The notes beneath the pieces are model-generated. The model saw only the letters and a list, made by a program, of their open reading frames with translations, was not told where the DNA came from and made no database searches. From a virus (Duplodnaviria > Caudoviricetes), in IMG/VR virus record IMGVR_UViG_3300028603_000018, positions 64,001 through 128,000 of that record: a stretch of 64,000 nt of DNA; one strand, 5' to 3'. Positions 1 through 8,657 of this stretch are shown one piece after another. The translations under genes and the position numbers were made by a program. The first letter of the stretch is position 1. Each line of letters begins with the position of its first letter.

Positions 1-1424
1 GTTAGATTACGTAATCGAGCTAAGAAGTCAGCTTCAACAACATCTACATAAGCGTTAGTTAATTCTTGCTGATGTAACGGATTACTACAGTCAAAGTTAC
101 CGTTATAGTTACTTTTTACTCGTTGTAATAAACTACTAGCAAAGTTTTGATTACTTGGATTCATTTGGAAAGAACCTTGAAAGTCTTTCAATGAATCTTT
201 AGTCAGAAAATTACCAGTAGAATCAAGTAGAATAAAAGCACCTACCTGTCTATTTTCTTGTCCTGGTACAAATACTGGAATAAAAGATTCAGCAGGTGCT
301 TTTAATACAAGAGGCTCACCAATAGAGCGTCGGGTTAATTGGTCTTGGGTTCTAATGATACGAATGGTGTCGTTAGTTTTATGTCGTGATTTATAGACCA
401 GTGAACGAATCGAGCGATCACTCATATCAGTATGCTGGAAGTACTGATCAAACGACTCTGTTGAGAATTCTTTTTCTTCAACAGGAAGCGTCTCCATAGA
501 AATTTCATTTTCTTCGAATGAAACTTTAAAAGAGCTATTAGTTTTATTACTTGCTTTTTTAATAACGTTATTAGAGAGTTCATCTCGTTTAGCAGAGATG
601 ATGCTTGGAATCTTTAAGATATTGAAGTTATCAATAACATTAATACCAAGAGATACTTCACTCTCTTCATCTTTATCCGTTACAACTTTAATCTTAACTT
701 GACTATGATCAGTAGATTTCAGATTCTCTGTCCGGATAAGATCCAAGTCCTCTAAGCTAAAACCCGTTTTAAAGTAATCAGGTTCAGGGTTATTTTTATA
801 AGGATTGGCTAAAAGACCTAAGGGTTCTAAAGCCTTAGTAGTTTTATTAAATAAGCCGCCACTATATAATGATTCTGATGAATAGTTAGATCGACCGTTG
901 ATTAATTCATCAATTGCATTCTCTGGTAAAACTAAGAGAGGATGACTTCCATCATGAATTAAAATATTCTCGATGATGGTATGTATCTGGTCTTTAATTC
1001 TATAGTCTTTATCGAAATAATCTCTAATCTTACTGATTAATTCAGTTTTTAAAGTAGGGTTAAATAGATCAAACTCAGAACTAATTACAATCTCTTTAGT
1101 GATAAGATCATGAGGCGAGATAATAGAGGAAATAAGCAGTTGTGCCATCATCTCTATATCGGGCATAGTAGCGAGGATATTCTCAGAATCCCTTTGATTA
1201 CTTGCAATCTGCTTAGCTCTTTCTTGGAGATGGCGAATAGAAGGAGTGCCTACCTTCATCTCACCTTTATCTGTAAACTCAGGTCGTTTAGTCGACTCAT
1301 GGAGTTTAGATAAAGCAGCAGCAGTAGGTGGATCAGAACGAATCATCGCCCTGACTGAGATAGTATCGTCATTTGATCCTCTACCACCTATTACATTTTT
1401 ACTAGGTTGACGAGTTGTTGCCAT
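1..1424 (-). CDS. Probable portal protein, phiKZ gp129-like (5' part; runs off the window)
   Basis: Absent from the ORF track because no stop lies in the window. Frame starts at ATG 1424: MATTRQPSKNVIGG...LATMPDIEMMAQLLISSIISPHDL...IGEPLVLKAPAESFIPVFVPG...GAFILLDSTGN. These motifs resemble phiKZ-like portals, and the gene is divergent from a gp128-like gene. Confidence 0.6.
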   Translation of the reverse strand, partial: MATTRQPSKNVIGGRGSNDDTISVRAMIRSDPPTAAALSKLHESTKRPEFTDKGEMKVGTPSIRHLQERAKQIASNQRDSENILATMPDIEMMAQLLISSIISPHDLITKEIVISSEFDLFNPTLKTELISKIRDYFDKDYRIKDQIHTIIENILIHDGSHPLLVLPENAIDELINGRSNYSSESLYSGGLFNKTTKALEPLGLLANPYKNNPEPDYFKTGFSLEDLDLIRTENLKSTDHSQVKIKVVTDKDEESEVSLGINVIDNFNILKIPSIISAKRDELSNNVIKKASNKTNSSFKVSFEENEISMETLPVEEKEFSTESFDQYFQHTDMSDRSIRSLVYKSRHKTNDTIRIIRTQDQLTRRSIGEPLVLKAPAESFIPVFVPGQENRQVGAFILLDSTGNFLTKDSLKDFQGSFQMNPSNQNFASSLLQRVKSNYNGNFDCSNPLHQQELTNAYVDVVEADFLARLRNL

Positions 1425-1514
1425 TTTATATTTAGCCTCAAATATTTTTAATAAGGGAAAAGCTTAAAGTGGATACTAATAACCATATCCCTGAAAAGAA
1501 GGTGTCCTACGACA

Positions 1515-3752
1515 ATGGAAACTAATAACCACTATGAAATATTCTCAGACAATTGTTTTAATTTAGCAGAAACAATTGTAATGAAGTCAGAGTATTCAGC
1601 CAAAGCGCTAAATAATTATTTACAGTATAGTGCTCCAGGGACTTTCGATCCTAATGATCCTAAGACTTGGAAGTACTACCTTAATTTAGCAGGTGAATAC
1701 TATCTTTCTGATGAAGTTATGATCATACAATCTGTCGATACTCAAGAGACAATTGTATTTAATAAAGAAAATTTACGACTACATAGAGCAACAGCTAGAG
1801 AGTATCGATATGGTACAAAGCTCTATAAAGAACTTTTAGCATTGTATCCTGAACAAGAGCAACTCATCTTAGGTATTCTTTATCCAATTGACATTGATAA
1901 GGCTATTGAAGCAGAGGATTGGACAATTCTTGGTTATGCTCCAGAATTCGTAGAGAGTAACGAGTATAGTCTTATTTCTGATATAGAAGCATTCATTAAA
2001 AGATTTGTATCTCGCTGGCATATTAAAGGCTATCGTCTAATCGATGAGAACTATGAAGTCGCTTTCTTTGGACAAGTTGCTTTACTTTTACCTGCCCTTA
2101 TTAATAAACTCCGTTTAGATAGAGCAAAGACTAATCAAGCCCATAGCTTTCATATCAGACAGTACCTCGCCTCTAACTTAGGACTGGATCGTTATTTCGA
2201 CGTAATGAATTTAGAACAGAGGTTATGGTTCTATAGGAATATTCGTTACATTAATAGAAATGCTGGACATAGTACGACTTTTGAGACTCTAATTGAAAAC
2301 ATCATGTCTAAACGCCATCTAGCTCTCACAAGCTATACAATGGCTCATGATGTTGAGAAAGTCATTGAGGAACTCTCATCCAAACCTATCTTTAAACGAG
2401 AGCCTAAGAATAGGTATGTTAGTACTACTTTTTCTGAACCTATTGATTTAGAAACCCTACTTGATAAAGAAGATAGATTAGCTAAAGATAACGTAATTGA
2501 AAAAGAAGACAATGCTGAAGATATTGACTTTACTTTCAGACATGCTCTTGCTAATATAGGTCAGACAAAAGTATTAGAATCAGCAATGTATGATTACTCT
2601 GATGCTACGCCTTTCCCATTTAGTGACATTTTAATGAACCACTGGCCTTACTTAGCTAATTTAGGTATTTACCGAGCATTCGTTAGAATCACTAACCCTA
2701 GAACAGGAGATATTATCCCTCTCTCTGTTAAGGACGCGTATGTCTTAGCTCAGTATTTATTACTTCACGCTTACGGTGTTACACTGGATGAAGTCCAGCC
2801 TGTTATCTGTAGAAAGGTTCAAGTAATTCCTTTTCCAAGTACGCAAGATATTCTCAAAATGACTAGTGGGAAGTATTTTGATGAAGAGTTTGTTGAGGAT
2901 TTAGTTCAATACAATCCTGAACTCACTGACATTATCTCTACAGATTCTTATTGGGAGAAATGTCGAGATATCTTTACAGCACTCCGTTATCAAAGAAATA
3001 GAACTGCTTTTGAAGAGCATTTTGTCAAACGTGGTGAAGTACAAGGTATGAGTGCTAGGTTATATGGTGTCAAACTCACCTACTTAGAACCAGCAGGTAC
3101 AAAATATTCAAATTGGTTTAATGAGAAAGGAATAGACATTGCTGACTTTCCTGAAGAACAGTTTGAATTAATTTATGTACGTATCGTAGAGCAAGCGCTT
3201 GGATTAGATGTTAGAACTACCCAGTCATTAAGTAACTTACAAAACTTAATGATTAATATGTTTAGTGAACTCTCTAGTTACAGTATTCAGTTCTTAAAAG
3301 AAATCAATGATAATCCTATTAAAATTATAGAATGGCCAGCGATTCGCTTAGGTGATATTAATGCAGAAGCAGAATCTCAAGCCTACTATGTGGATATGGC
3401 ATTAGATTTCTTTAATATGGAAGCTGATGGAAAGCAAAACGTTCATTATGACATTAGTGAAGGCTTTCGTTATACGAATGCTAAGATAGATGGTGAACAT
3501 AATCTTAAGTATTGTTTAAGTAAACAATTCAATATTAGTCCCCAGAAAGATTTCTCTAGTATGAATTATAATATTCATAGTCCTGGCTTTAGTATGCAAT
3601 TACCAAGAAAGACATTATATCCAAACGGACAGTTTCCTTTACCAGGCATTGATACAACTTTTAATATTTTAACAGAAGAACAAAAGAGAAGTTTACCAGA
3701 TATGTATCAAGATGATTGGTGGAATACTGTTGAGACACCGATGGTGGATTAA
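1515..3752 (+). CDS. Virion structural protein, phiKZ gp128-like (baseplate-associated)
   Basis: 745 aa; TWKYYLNLAGEY and AHSFHIRQYLAS...QRLWFYRNIRYI motifs typical of phiKZ-like structural proteins. Confidence 0.65.
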   Translation: METNNHYEIFSDNCFNLAETIVMKSEYSAKALNNYLQYSAPGTFDPNDPKTWKYYLNLAGEYYLSDEVMIIQSVDTQETIVFNKENLRLHRATAREYRYGTKLYKELLALYPEQEQLILGILYPIDIDKAIEAEDWTILGYAPEFVESNEYSLISDIEAFIKRFVSRWHIKGYRLIDENYEVAFFGQVALLLPALINKLRLDRAKTNQAHSFHIRQYLASNLGLDRYFDVMNLEQRLWFYRNIRYINRNAGHSTTFETLIENIMSKRHLALTSYTMAHDVEKVIEELSSKPIFKREPKNRYVSTTFSEPIDLETLLDKEDRLAKDNVIEKEDNAEDIDFTFRHALANIGQTKVLESAMYDYSDATPFPFSDILMNHWPYLANLGIYRAFVRITNPRTGDIIPLSVKDAYVLAQYLLLHAYGVTLDEVQPVICRKVQVIPFPSTQDILKMTSGKYFDEEFVEDLVQYNPELTDIISTDSYWEKCRDIFTALRYQRNRTAFEEHFVKRGEVQGMSARLYGVKLTYLEPAGTKYSNWFNEKGIDIADFPEEQFELIYVRIVEQALGLDVRTTQSLSNLQNLMINMFSELSSYSIQFLKEINDNPIKIIEWPAIRLGDINAEAESQAYYVDMALDFFNMEADGKQNVHYDISEGFRYTNAKIDGEHNLKYCLSKQFNISPQKDFSSMNYNIHSPGFSMQLPRKTLYPNGQFPLPGIDTTFNILTEEQKRSLPDMYQDDWWNTVETPMVD

Positions 3753-3802
3753 AACTAACTACATCTTCTGAAAAGAATTCTTTATAGGTATTTTGAAATA
3801 AC

Positions 3803-4660
3803 ATGGATAATATTACTCGAACTATTTATGGGTCTACTTTACAAACCTATATGTTTTTAGGTAAAACAGTTAGGTATGTGGATAACACGACCCTTAACGA
3901 ACGATTCGATATTTTACGAGGTACACTACCGACAGCAGGACAAACCCCTAAGATGGGTTACTTCTCTATTGGTAATGGCGGTCATAGAGCTATTATTGGT
4001 GAAAACGGGATTACAATTAATAACCCTGTTATTCACTTAGCTACTGATGCTGCTGCATTTAAACCCATGCCTTTTGTTCTAGTAGACCCTGCTGCGGATC
4101 TACCTCCTGCTGAATGCGCTAAGTACGCACTGCGTCGTCCTGAACAAATTAAAGGGAAAGCTTACATCGCCTATTACTTACGTCGTATTGAAAATATCAG
4201 TAACAACGTAGAGATGGAAATTAAGGTAGTGGATGGTGACACTGAAGTATCTTCTCCATTTGTTCCTACGGAAGATAACTTATATCCAGAACCACCTGAT
4301 CTTACACCTGAGAACATTAACGTATTAGATGGTCAATATGCAGTGGCATCGAGTAAACTCTCATTATCTTTTACTCGTGCTGAAGTTGACCATCTTCGTA
4401 ACGTTGCTAAAGTACTTTATGATAGTGAGCATTACGCTATCATTTCAGAAATTCAAATGGTTTGTGCTGTGGATTATCCTATCCAAGTCAGTCAGCCAGG
4501 TGGAAGTTCCTTTAGCTTCTTAGAAACAATTGGTGCTTTGGTTGCAGCTCACTTAAACGTATACTATCAGATGGTTTACTTAAACAATAGCTTAGAGATT
4601 GCTGTTGATGCAGGTGCACAAGAACCTCTGTTTAAGACTGAGTTGTTAGTTACTCCGTAA
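3803..4660 (+). CDS. Virion structural protein, phiKZ gp139-like
   Basis: 285 aa; ITRTIYG..LQT, TTLNERF, YFSIGNGGH and YIAYYLRRI motifs; directly precedes the RuvC-like gene as in phiKZ relatives. Confidence 0.65.
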   Translation: MDNITRTIYGSTLQTYMFLGKTVRYVDNTTLNERFDILRGTLPTAGQTPKMGYFSIGNGGHRAIIGENGITINNPVIHLATDAAAFKPMPFVLVDPAADLPPAECAKYALRRPEQIKGKAYIAYYLRRIENISNNVEMEIKVVDGDTEVSSPFVPTEDNLYPEPPDLTPENINVLDGQYAVASSKLSLSFTRAEVDHLRNVAKVLYDSEHYAIISEIQMVCAVDYPIQVSQPGGSSFSFLETIGALVAAHLNVYYQMVYLNNSLEIAVDAGAQEPLFKTELLVTP

Positions 4661-4680
4661 GACTTAAGTAAATTGTTACC

Positions 4681-4714
4681 AGCTAGGGGTATTTAATTTT
4701 ACCCCTAGCTTTTT
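4681..4714 (+). terminator. Intrinsic terminator
   Basis: AGCTAGGGGTA...TACCCCTAGCT stem followed by a T-tract. Confidence 0.7.
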
Positions 4715-4733
4715 AATTAGAATAAAAAAAGAA

Positions 4734-5339
4734 ATGTTAATTATTCCTCAACCAGATGATCGTACTGCTTGTATTATTGGTATCGATCCAGGAACACGTT
4801 TTATGGGTTTAGGCGTAATATTCTTTAATGTTCTTAATTTAGAGATTATCCAATCAGGTAGTACGCTATTGAGAGGAGATGCTCTAATTGAGAATGAAGA
4901 TCATATCGCTTTTCACGGTAGTCGATTTGCTAGGTTACATGGTATTGAGAATAGATTACATAGCTTCTTCACAAGTCTTAATCCACTCTGTGTAGCTGCT
5001 GAGAGTAATTTCATGAATACTAACAGACCAACAGCTTATGGAGCTTTAGTAGAATCTGTTGCTTGTATTAGAAGCGCTTTATTTAGACACCGAGCATTAA
5101 TGGAGCTAGATTTAATAGAACCTTCTCCAGTTAAAAATGCCGTAGGTTGTAAAGGTAACGCCGGTAAAGAAGACGTCAATGCTGGAGTTGAGCGACTAAA
5201 TCCTATTTTAAAATACGTAGGTATAAGTGCAATTAAAGATTTAACAGAGCATGAGACTGATGGACTAGCTATTGCTTATTGGCGCTATCTATTATTAGTT
5301 AATCACGCTCAAGCACTTAACCAATTTAAAGGCAGTTAA
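4734..5339 (+). CDS. ruvC: RuvC-like Holliday junction resolvase
   Basis: IIGIDPGT (catalytic D), VAAES (E), VKNAVG..GNAGKE and HETDGLAIA motifs of the RuvC family. Confidence 0.85.
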   Translation: MLIIPQPDDRTACIIGIDPGTRFMGLGVIFFNVLNLEIIQSGSTLLRGDALIENEDHIAFHGSRFARLHGIENRLHSFFTSLNPLCVAAESNFMNTNRPTAYGALVESVACIRSALFRHRALMELDLIEPSPVKNAVGCKGNAGKEDVNAGVERLNPILKYVGISAIKDLTEHETDGLAIAYWRYLLLVNHAQALNQFKGS

Positions 5340-5341
5340 TT

Positions 5342-5875
5342 ATGTTCTTAAGTGGTTTGAAAATTCTTTCTATGTTAAGTAGTTTGAAAAGCTTAACAAG
5401 TAAGATTAAAATACCGAACAAGATACTTTTTTGGCTGGTATTAGTTATTCTCGTTATCGGTTCTCTTTTTGTTAGTCATTCTTACTATTACCAGAAAGGT
5501 AAACAACATCAAAAAGAAAAGATCGAAGAACAAATTAAAAAAGAAAATGAGATAACAAAAGAAGTTATTGAAACTATTAGTAAGCAAGCAGAGATTAGTG
5601 AGGAGCGTAGTGAGAAAGAACTCACTGATACTGTTGAAGAGATAGAAGAAGTTATTAAAGAAGAACTGCGATTACACCAACAAAAACAAGAAGAAATTAA
5701 AAAAGAGACAAAGATAAAAAAAGCTATTCAATCTAATAAAGAAATACCACTTCTTATAGAAGAAGTTAAAGAAAAGGATTTTCTTGATGATGAACAAGCT
5801 AAGATTTTAATCAAACGCGAGTGGATGATCTATTGCATAGATAAAAACACTTCTCTTTGTGAGAATTTTAAATGA
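5342..5875 (+). CDS. Putative i-spanin (Rz-like)
   Basis: Single N-terminal TM helix (ILFWLVLVILVIGSLFV), long E/K-rich coiled coil and C-terminal Cys pair; ATGA overlap with the downstream lipoprotein gene. Confidence 0.6.
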   Translation: MFLSGLKILSMLSSLKSLTSKIKIPNKILFWLVLVILVIGSLFVSHSYYYQKGKQHQKEKIEEQIKKENEITKEVIETISKQAEISEERSEKELTDTVEEIEEVIKEELRLHQQKQEEIKKETKIKKAIQSNKEIPLLIEEVKEKDFLDDEQAKILIKREWMIYCIDKNTSLCENFK

Positions 5876-6189
5876 AGAAATTTGTATTTATTTCTTTAGC
5901 ATTTATTACACTAGCTATTACTGCTTGTACTCCGCCTATTAAAAAAGAGTATATGCTCCTACCTGATAGGTATTTACTTGACTGCGAGCAAACACCTCCT
6001 TTCACTATCGAAGAGTATCTGTCATTAGAGACTTTTTCTCAGAGAGAGAAATTATTGTTCGATACAACAATCTCTTTAAGGAAAGATATGCTCATGTGTA
6101 ATCAAAAAAATAAGAACGCACGTCAATACCAATTTGATTTGATTCAAAATCTAGAAGAAAAAGGTATTGGAGTATATAAAATTGAATAG
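5872..6189 (+). CDS. Putative o-spanin lipoprotein (Rz1-like)
   Basis: Signal peptide MKKFVFISLAFITLAITA-C (lipobox), followed by P..YLLDC..PP and ..CN, typical of o-spanins. Confidence 0.65.
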   Translation: MKKFVFISLAFITLAITACTPPIKKEYMLLPDRYLLDCEQTPPFTIEEYLSLETFSQREKLLFDTTISLRKDMLMCNQKNKNARQYQFDLIQNLEEKGIGVYKIE

Positions 6190-6197
6190 AGATTACT

Positions 6198-6632
6198 ATG
6201 ATTATAGATGAGATTATTTCAAGAATAGATAGAGAGGCTCCGCTAAAAGACCAATTCTTTGATAATGAAATCGAACTCTTTTACCACGCTTACAATAAAG
6301 TAGCTATTCGGACAGGTAGGTTGCATCCTGTTAATGAGGATGACCGAGGAGCTACTTTAATTGAGCTGACAGCTATTTTGTATCCACTAGATAAAAAAGC
6401 TGTTAATGTCATGTATTTAGAGGGAGTGAGGATTTCAGAAGGTCGATATACTTTTAAAGAAAGAATGATCCAACGATTCTTAAGTGTGTTTTATTTAATC
6501 ATAGGTATCTTCGTCTGTACGTATATGTTTACAGTAGTAGTCAGAGGAAAAGATACAGATATGGATTTTACCACTTCTATACTTGAAACATTACTTAAAC
6601 TATTTGATCTACTCATTGGAACAACTATTTAA
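6198..6632 (+). CDS. Membrane protein (possible holin/lysis accessory)
   Basis: C-terminal hydrophobic helix FLSVFYLIIGIFVCTYMFTVVV; follows the spanin pair. Confidence 0.4.
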   Translation: MIIDEIISRIDREAPLKDQFFDNEIELFYHAYNKVAIRTGRLHPVNEDDRGATLIELTAILYPLDKKAVNVMYLEGVRISEGRYTFKERMIQRFLSVFYLIIGIFVCTYMFTVVVRGKDTDMDFTTSILETLLKLFDLLIGTTI

Positions 6633-6649
6633 AAAAAAGAAATATCGAC

Positions 6650-7249
6650 ATGCGTACTAAAGTAAACAAAAAGAAAAAACTTTCACTATCACTTGAAACT
6701 ATTAGTGAAGGTACTTCAGTAGAAAGAGAATTAGAGATATATGCTTTACTTGACGATCTATCAGTACTAACACAAGCTGATGCTGTAGAACAACAGGAAC
6801 AATTCTCTATTGTCCCAGTCATTGGTGAAGGTCATAAAGGTTCTACTAGGGTAAGAAAGACCATTAATAAAGATGGTACAACTTTTATTCACACTACAAA
6901 AGTTAGGCAGACTGATGGTAGTAATCTAGAGACTGAAGAAGAAACTACTGAGGACATGTTTAATGCTTATAAAGCACTAGCTAATGACGGACTCATTAAA
7001 GATCGTTTTTTCTTTCCCGTTAAAGGCCATGACTTATTGTGGGAAGTCGATGTTTTTCCTCAAGATAATGGGGAATATGCTCAGTGGGTGAAAATTGATT
7101 TAGAGATTCCGGAAGGAGTTGTCTTAAAAGAACTTCCAGAACTTCCCTTTCCTTATAAAGAAAAGATTGTTAAAAGTAATGATCCTGAAGTTAAAAAGCG
7201 AATCGGTAAATTATATAAAGACTTTTTCTCTTTTAAGAAAGGTAATTAA
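6650..7249 (+). CDS. CYTH-like (triphosphate tunnel) protein
   Basis: ERELEI (ExE), TRVRK, LETE, KDR, WEVDVF and IDLEI motifs match the CYTH superfamily. Confidence 0.65.
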   Translation: MRTKVNKKKKLSLSLETISEGTSVERELEIYALLDDLSVLTQADAVEQQEQFSIVPVIGEGHKGSTRVRKTINKDGTTFIHTTKVRQTDGSNLETEEETTEDMFNAYKALANDGLIKDRFFFPVKGHDLLWEVDVFPQDNGEYAQWVKIDLEIPEGVVLKELPELPFPYKEKIVKSNDPEVKKRIGKLYKDFFSFKKGN

Positions 7250-7252
7250 AAG

Positions 7253-7290
7253 TAAATAGGAGGATTTATTTAGATCCTCCTATTTATGCC
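7253..7290 (+). terminator. Hairpin of the TTTATGC family
   Basis: TAAATAGGAGGAT...ATCCTCCTATTTA inverted repeat followed by TGCC. Confidence 0.7.
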
Positions 7291-7310
7291 TTCTATATTT
7301 AATTCTAGAT

Positions 7311-7330
7311 TATTTCAATTACATATAACT
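7311..7330 (+). promoter_or_regulatory. Putative early (virion-RNAP) promoter
   Basis: TATTTCAATTACATATAACT, nearly identical to TATTTCAATCACATATCACC at about 20566-20585; resembles the phiKZ early TATATTAC element. Confidence 0.55.
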
Positions 7331-7370
7331 GTTATGAGTTGTTATAATAAGTATTTGAAGGAATGTTATA

Positions 7371-7490
7371 ATGAGCACTAAAGAACTAATGGTCTTAGGT
7401 TGTGTTACAGCAAGTATTCTTGCTATTGCTATGGTCGTTACAGAAACCTCCCGTATTACACGAGCAGTTATTATTAAATCTAAAAACTGA
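7371..7490 (+). CDS. Unannotated 39-aa membrane microprotein
   Basis: AAGGA RBS, then MSTKELMVLGCVTASILAIAMVVTETSRITRAVIIKSKN*; has its own promoter motif upstream and a terminator immediately after the stop. Confidence 0.65.
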   Translation: MSTKELMVLGCVTASILAIAMVVTETSRITRAVIIKSKN

Positions 7491-7540
7491 GCATAAATAG
7501 GGAGTCCTTTTGGACTCCCGTCTATGCTGTCTTTTTTTTT
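7491..7540. terminator. Bidirectional terminator (GCATAAAT family)
   Basis: GCATAAATAGGGAGTCC-TTTT-GGACTCCCGTCTATGC plus T-tract, between convergent genes. Confidence 0.75.
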
Positions 7541-8631
7541 TACCAAGGAATGTTATCAACAGACAAGGTTGTCAGATGTGTATGGCCTGTAACGTCTAAT
7601 GTACCAGTTATCGATACATTGTTTAAGAAACGAGCTGATCCTTGTAACTCCATTTCTCCTGAACCACCATAACTACCTGATCTAGAATAAACACTACCCA
7701 TAAATCCAATACCAGGAGCATCTAAAGAAATACCACTAGGACTCGTTACACTATTACCGCCATTAGAATGCACACGAGAAGAACCATTAGAACTAATATT
7801 GGTATTACCTTGAGTACTGACGCTTGTATTACCTTGGGTGCTAATTGAAGTATTGCCATCAATAGAGCTTGTGTCATTACCTTTTACAGTCAAGTCCTTA
7901 TTCTTATCAACTAATCCAGTCATGTTACCCACAGCATGGTATTCAATATTAGGACCATTTAATCTAAAGAAAGTACCATCACCATTTCTTAATTCTAGTA
8001 ACCGTTGTTTAGATTGAATAGTGAAATAGTTCTCATCATCATCAGTGATAGTAAAAGTACTTTTATCAGTATCTAACTCAAGTGTCCATTCATGAGGCTC
8101 TCCATTAGCTTTACTGGTTTGGAGTAGGATATTCTTCATGTGGGTAGAGATTTGTAAAAAGTATACGTTTTTATTCTCTATACTCGCTTCTTTATTTAAA
8201 GAAGGTTCGCCACTAAAAGCATATATCACTGTTTCTAATCGACGTAACTTAATATGATTTTCTAATGTATCCCAGAAATAAGTATTAGTATCTCCAAGAA
8301 CATAAATCATTACTTTCTCACCACGCCTAACGTTTGGTGCAGTGATTCTATTACTGTTACCTAAAGACAGCCAAGTGGCTTTAATTGTTTTCGTTACATC
8401 AACAGTGGAAGTATACTCCTCACCATCTAATTGCGTTCCTTGAGCTTGTAGTGTTTGTACGTTGTCAGTGATCTCACCATTTAAGAACTTAAGTACCTCA
8501 CTTGGCTTAACTTCAATAGTTAATGAAAAGATATCATCATCTTCATCTTTATTGGCACCAACCTCACCGATTGAAAAATCCTTTAACAAGGAGACGTTTA
8601 TGCTATTTCCTAAATAGGGAGAGTCAGACAT
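7540..8631 (-). CDS. Baseplate central spike / gpV-gp5-like protein (phiKZ gp164-like)
   Basis: ATWL..GNSNRITAPNVRRGEKV OB-fold motif, LRRLETV and C-terminal beta-helix repeats (VKGNDTSSIDGNTSISTQGNTSVSTQGN). Confidence 0.7.
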   Translation of the reverse strand: MSDSPYLGNSINVSLLKDFSIGEVGANKDEDDDIFSLTIEVKPSEVLKFLNGEITDNVQTLQAQGTQLDGEEYTSTVDVTKTIKATWLSLGNSNRITAPNVRRGEKVMIYVLGDTNTYFWDTLENHIKLRRLETVIYAFSGEPSLNKEASIENKNVYFLQISTHMKNILLQTSKANGEPHEWTLELDTDKSTFTITDDDENYFTIQSKQRLLELRNGDGTFFRLNGPNIEYHAVGNMTGLVDKNKDLTVKGNDTSSIDGNTSISTQGNTSVSTQGNTNISSNGSSRVHSNGGNSVTSPSGISLDAPGIGFMGSVYSRSGSYGGSGEMELQGSARFLNNVSITGTLDVTGHTHLTTLSVDNIPW

Positions 8632-8657
8632 ATTTAAAAATAGACCTTCTTTAAAAT

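Noticed and set aside
7319-7546. 75-aa minus-strand ORF in the track
   Set aside because: It runs through a terminator hairpin and is the antisense of the better-supported 39-aa + strand gene, which has an RBS and promoter.
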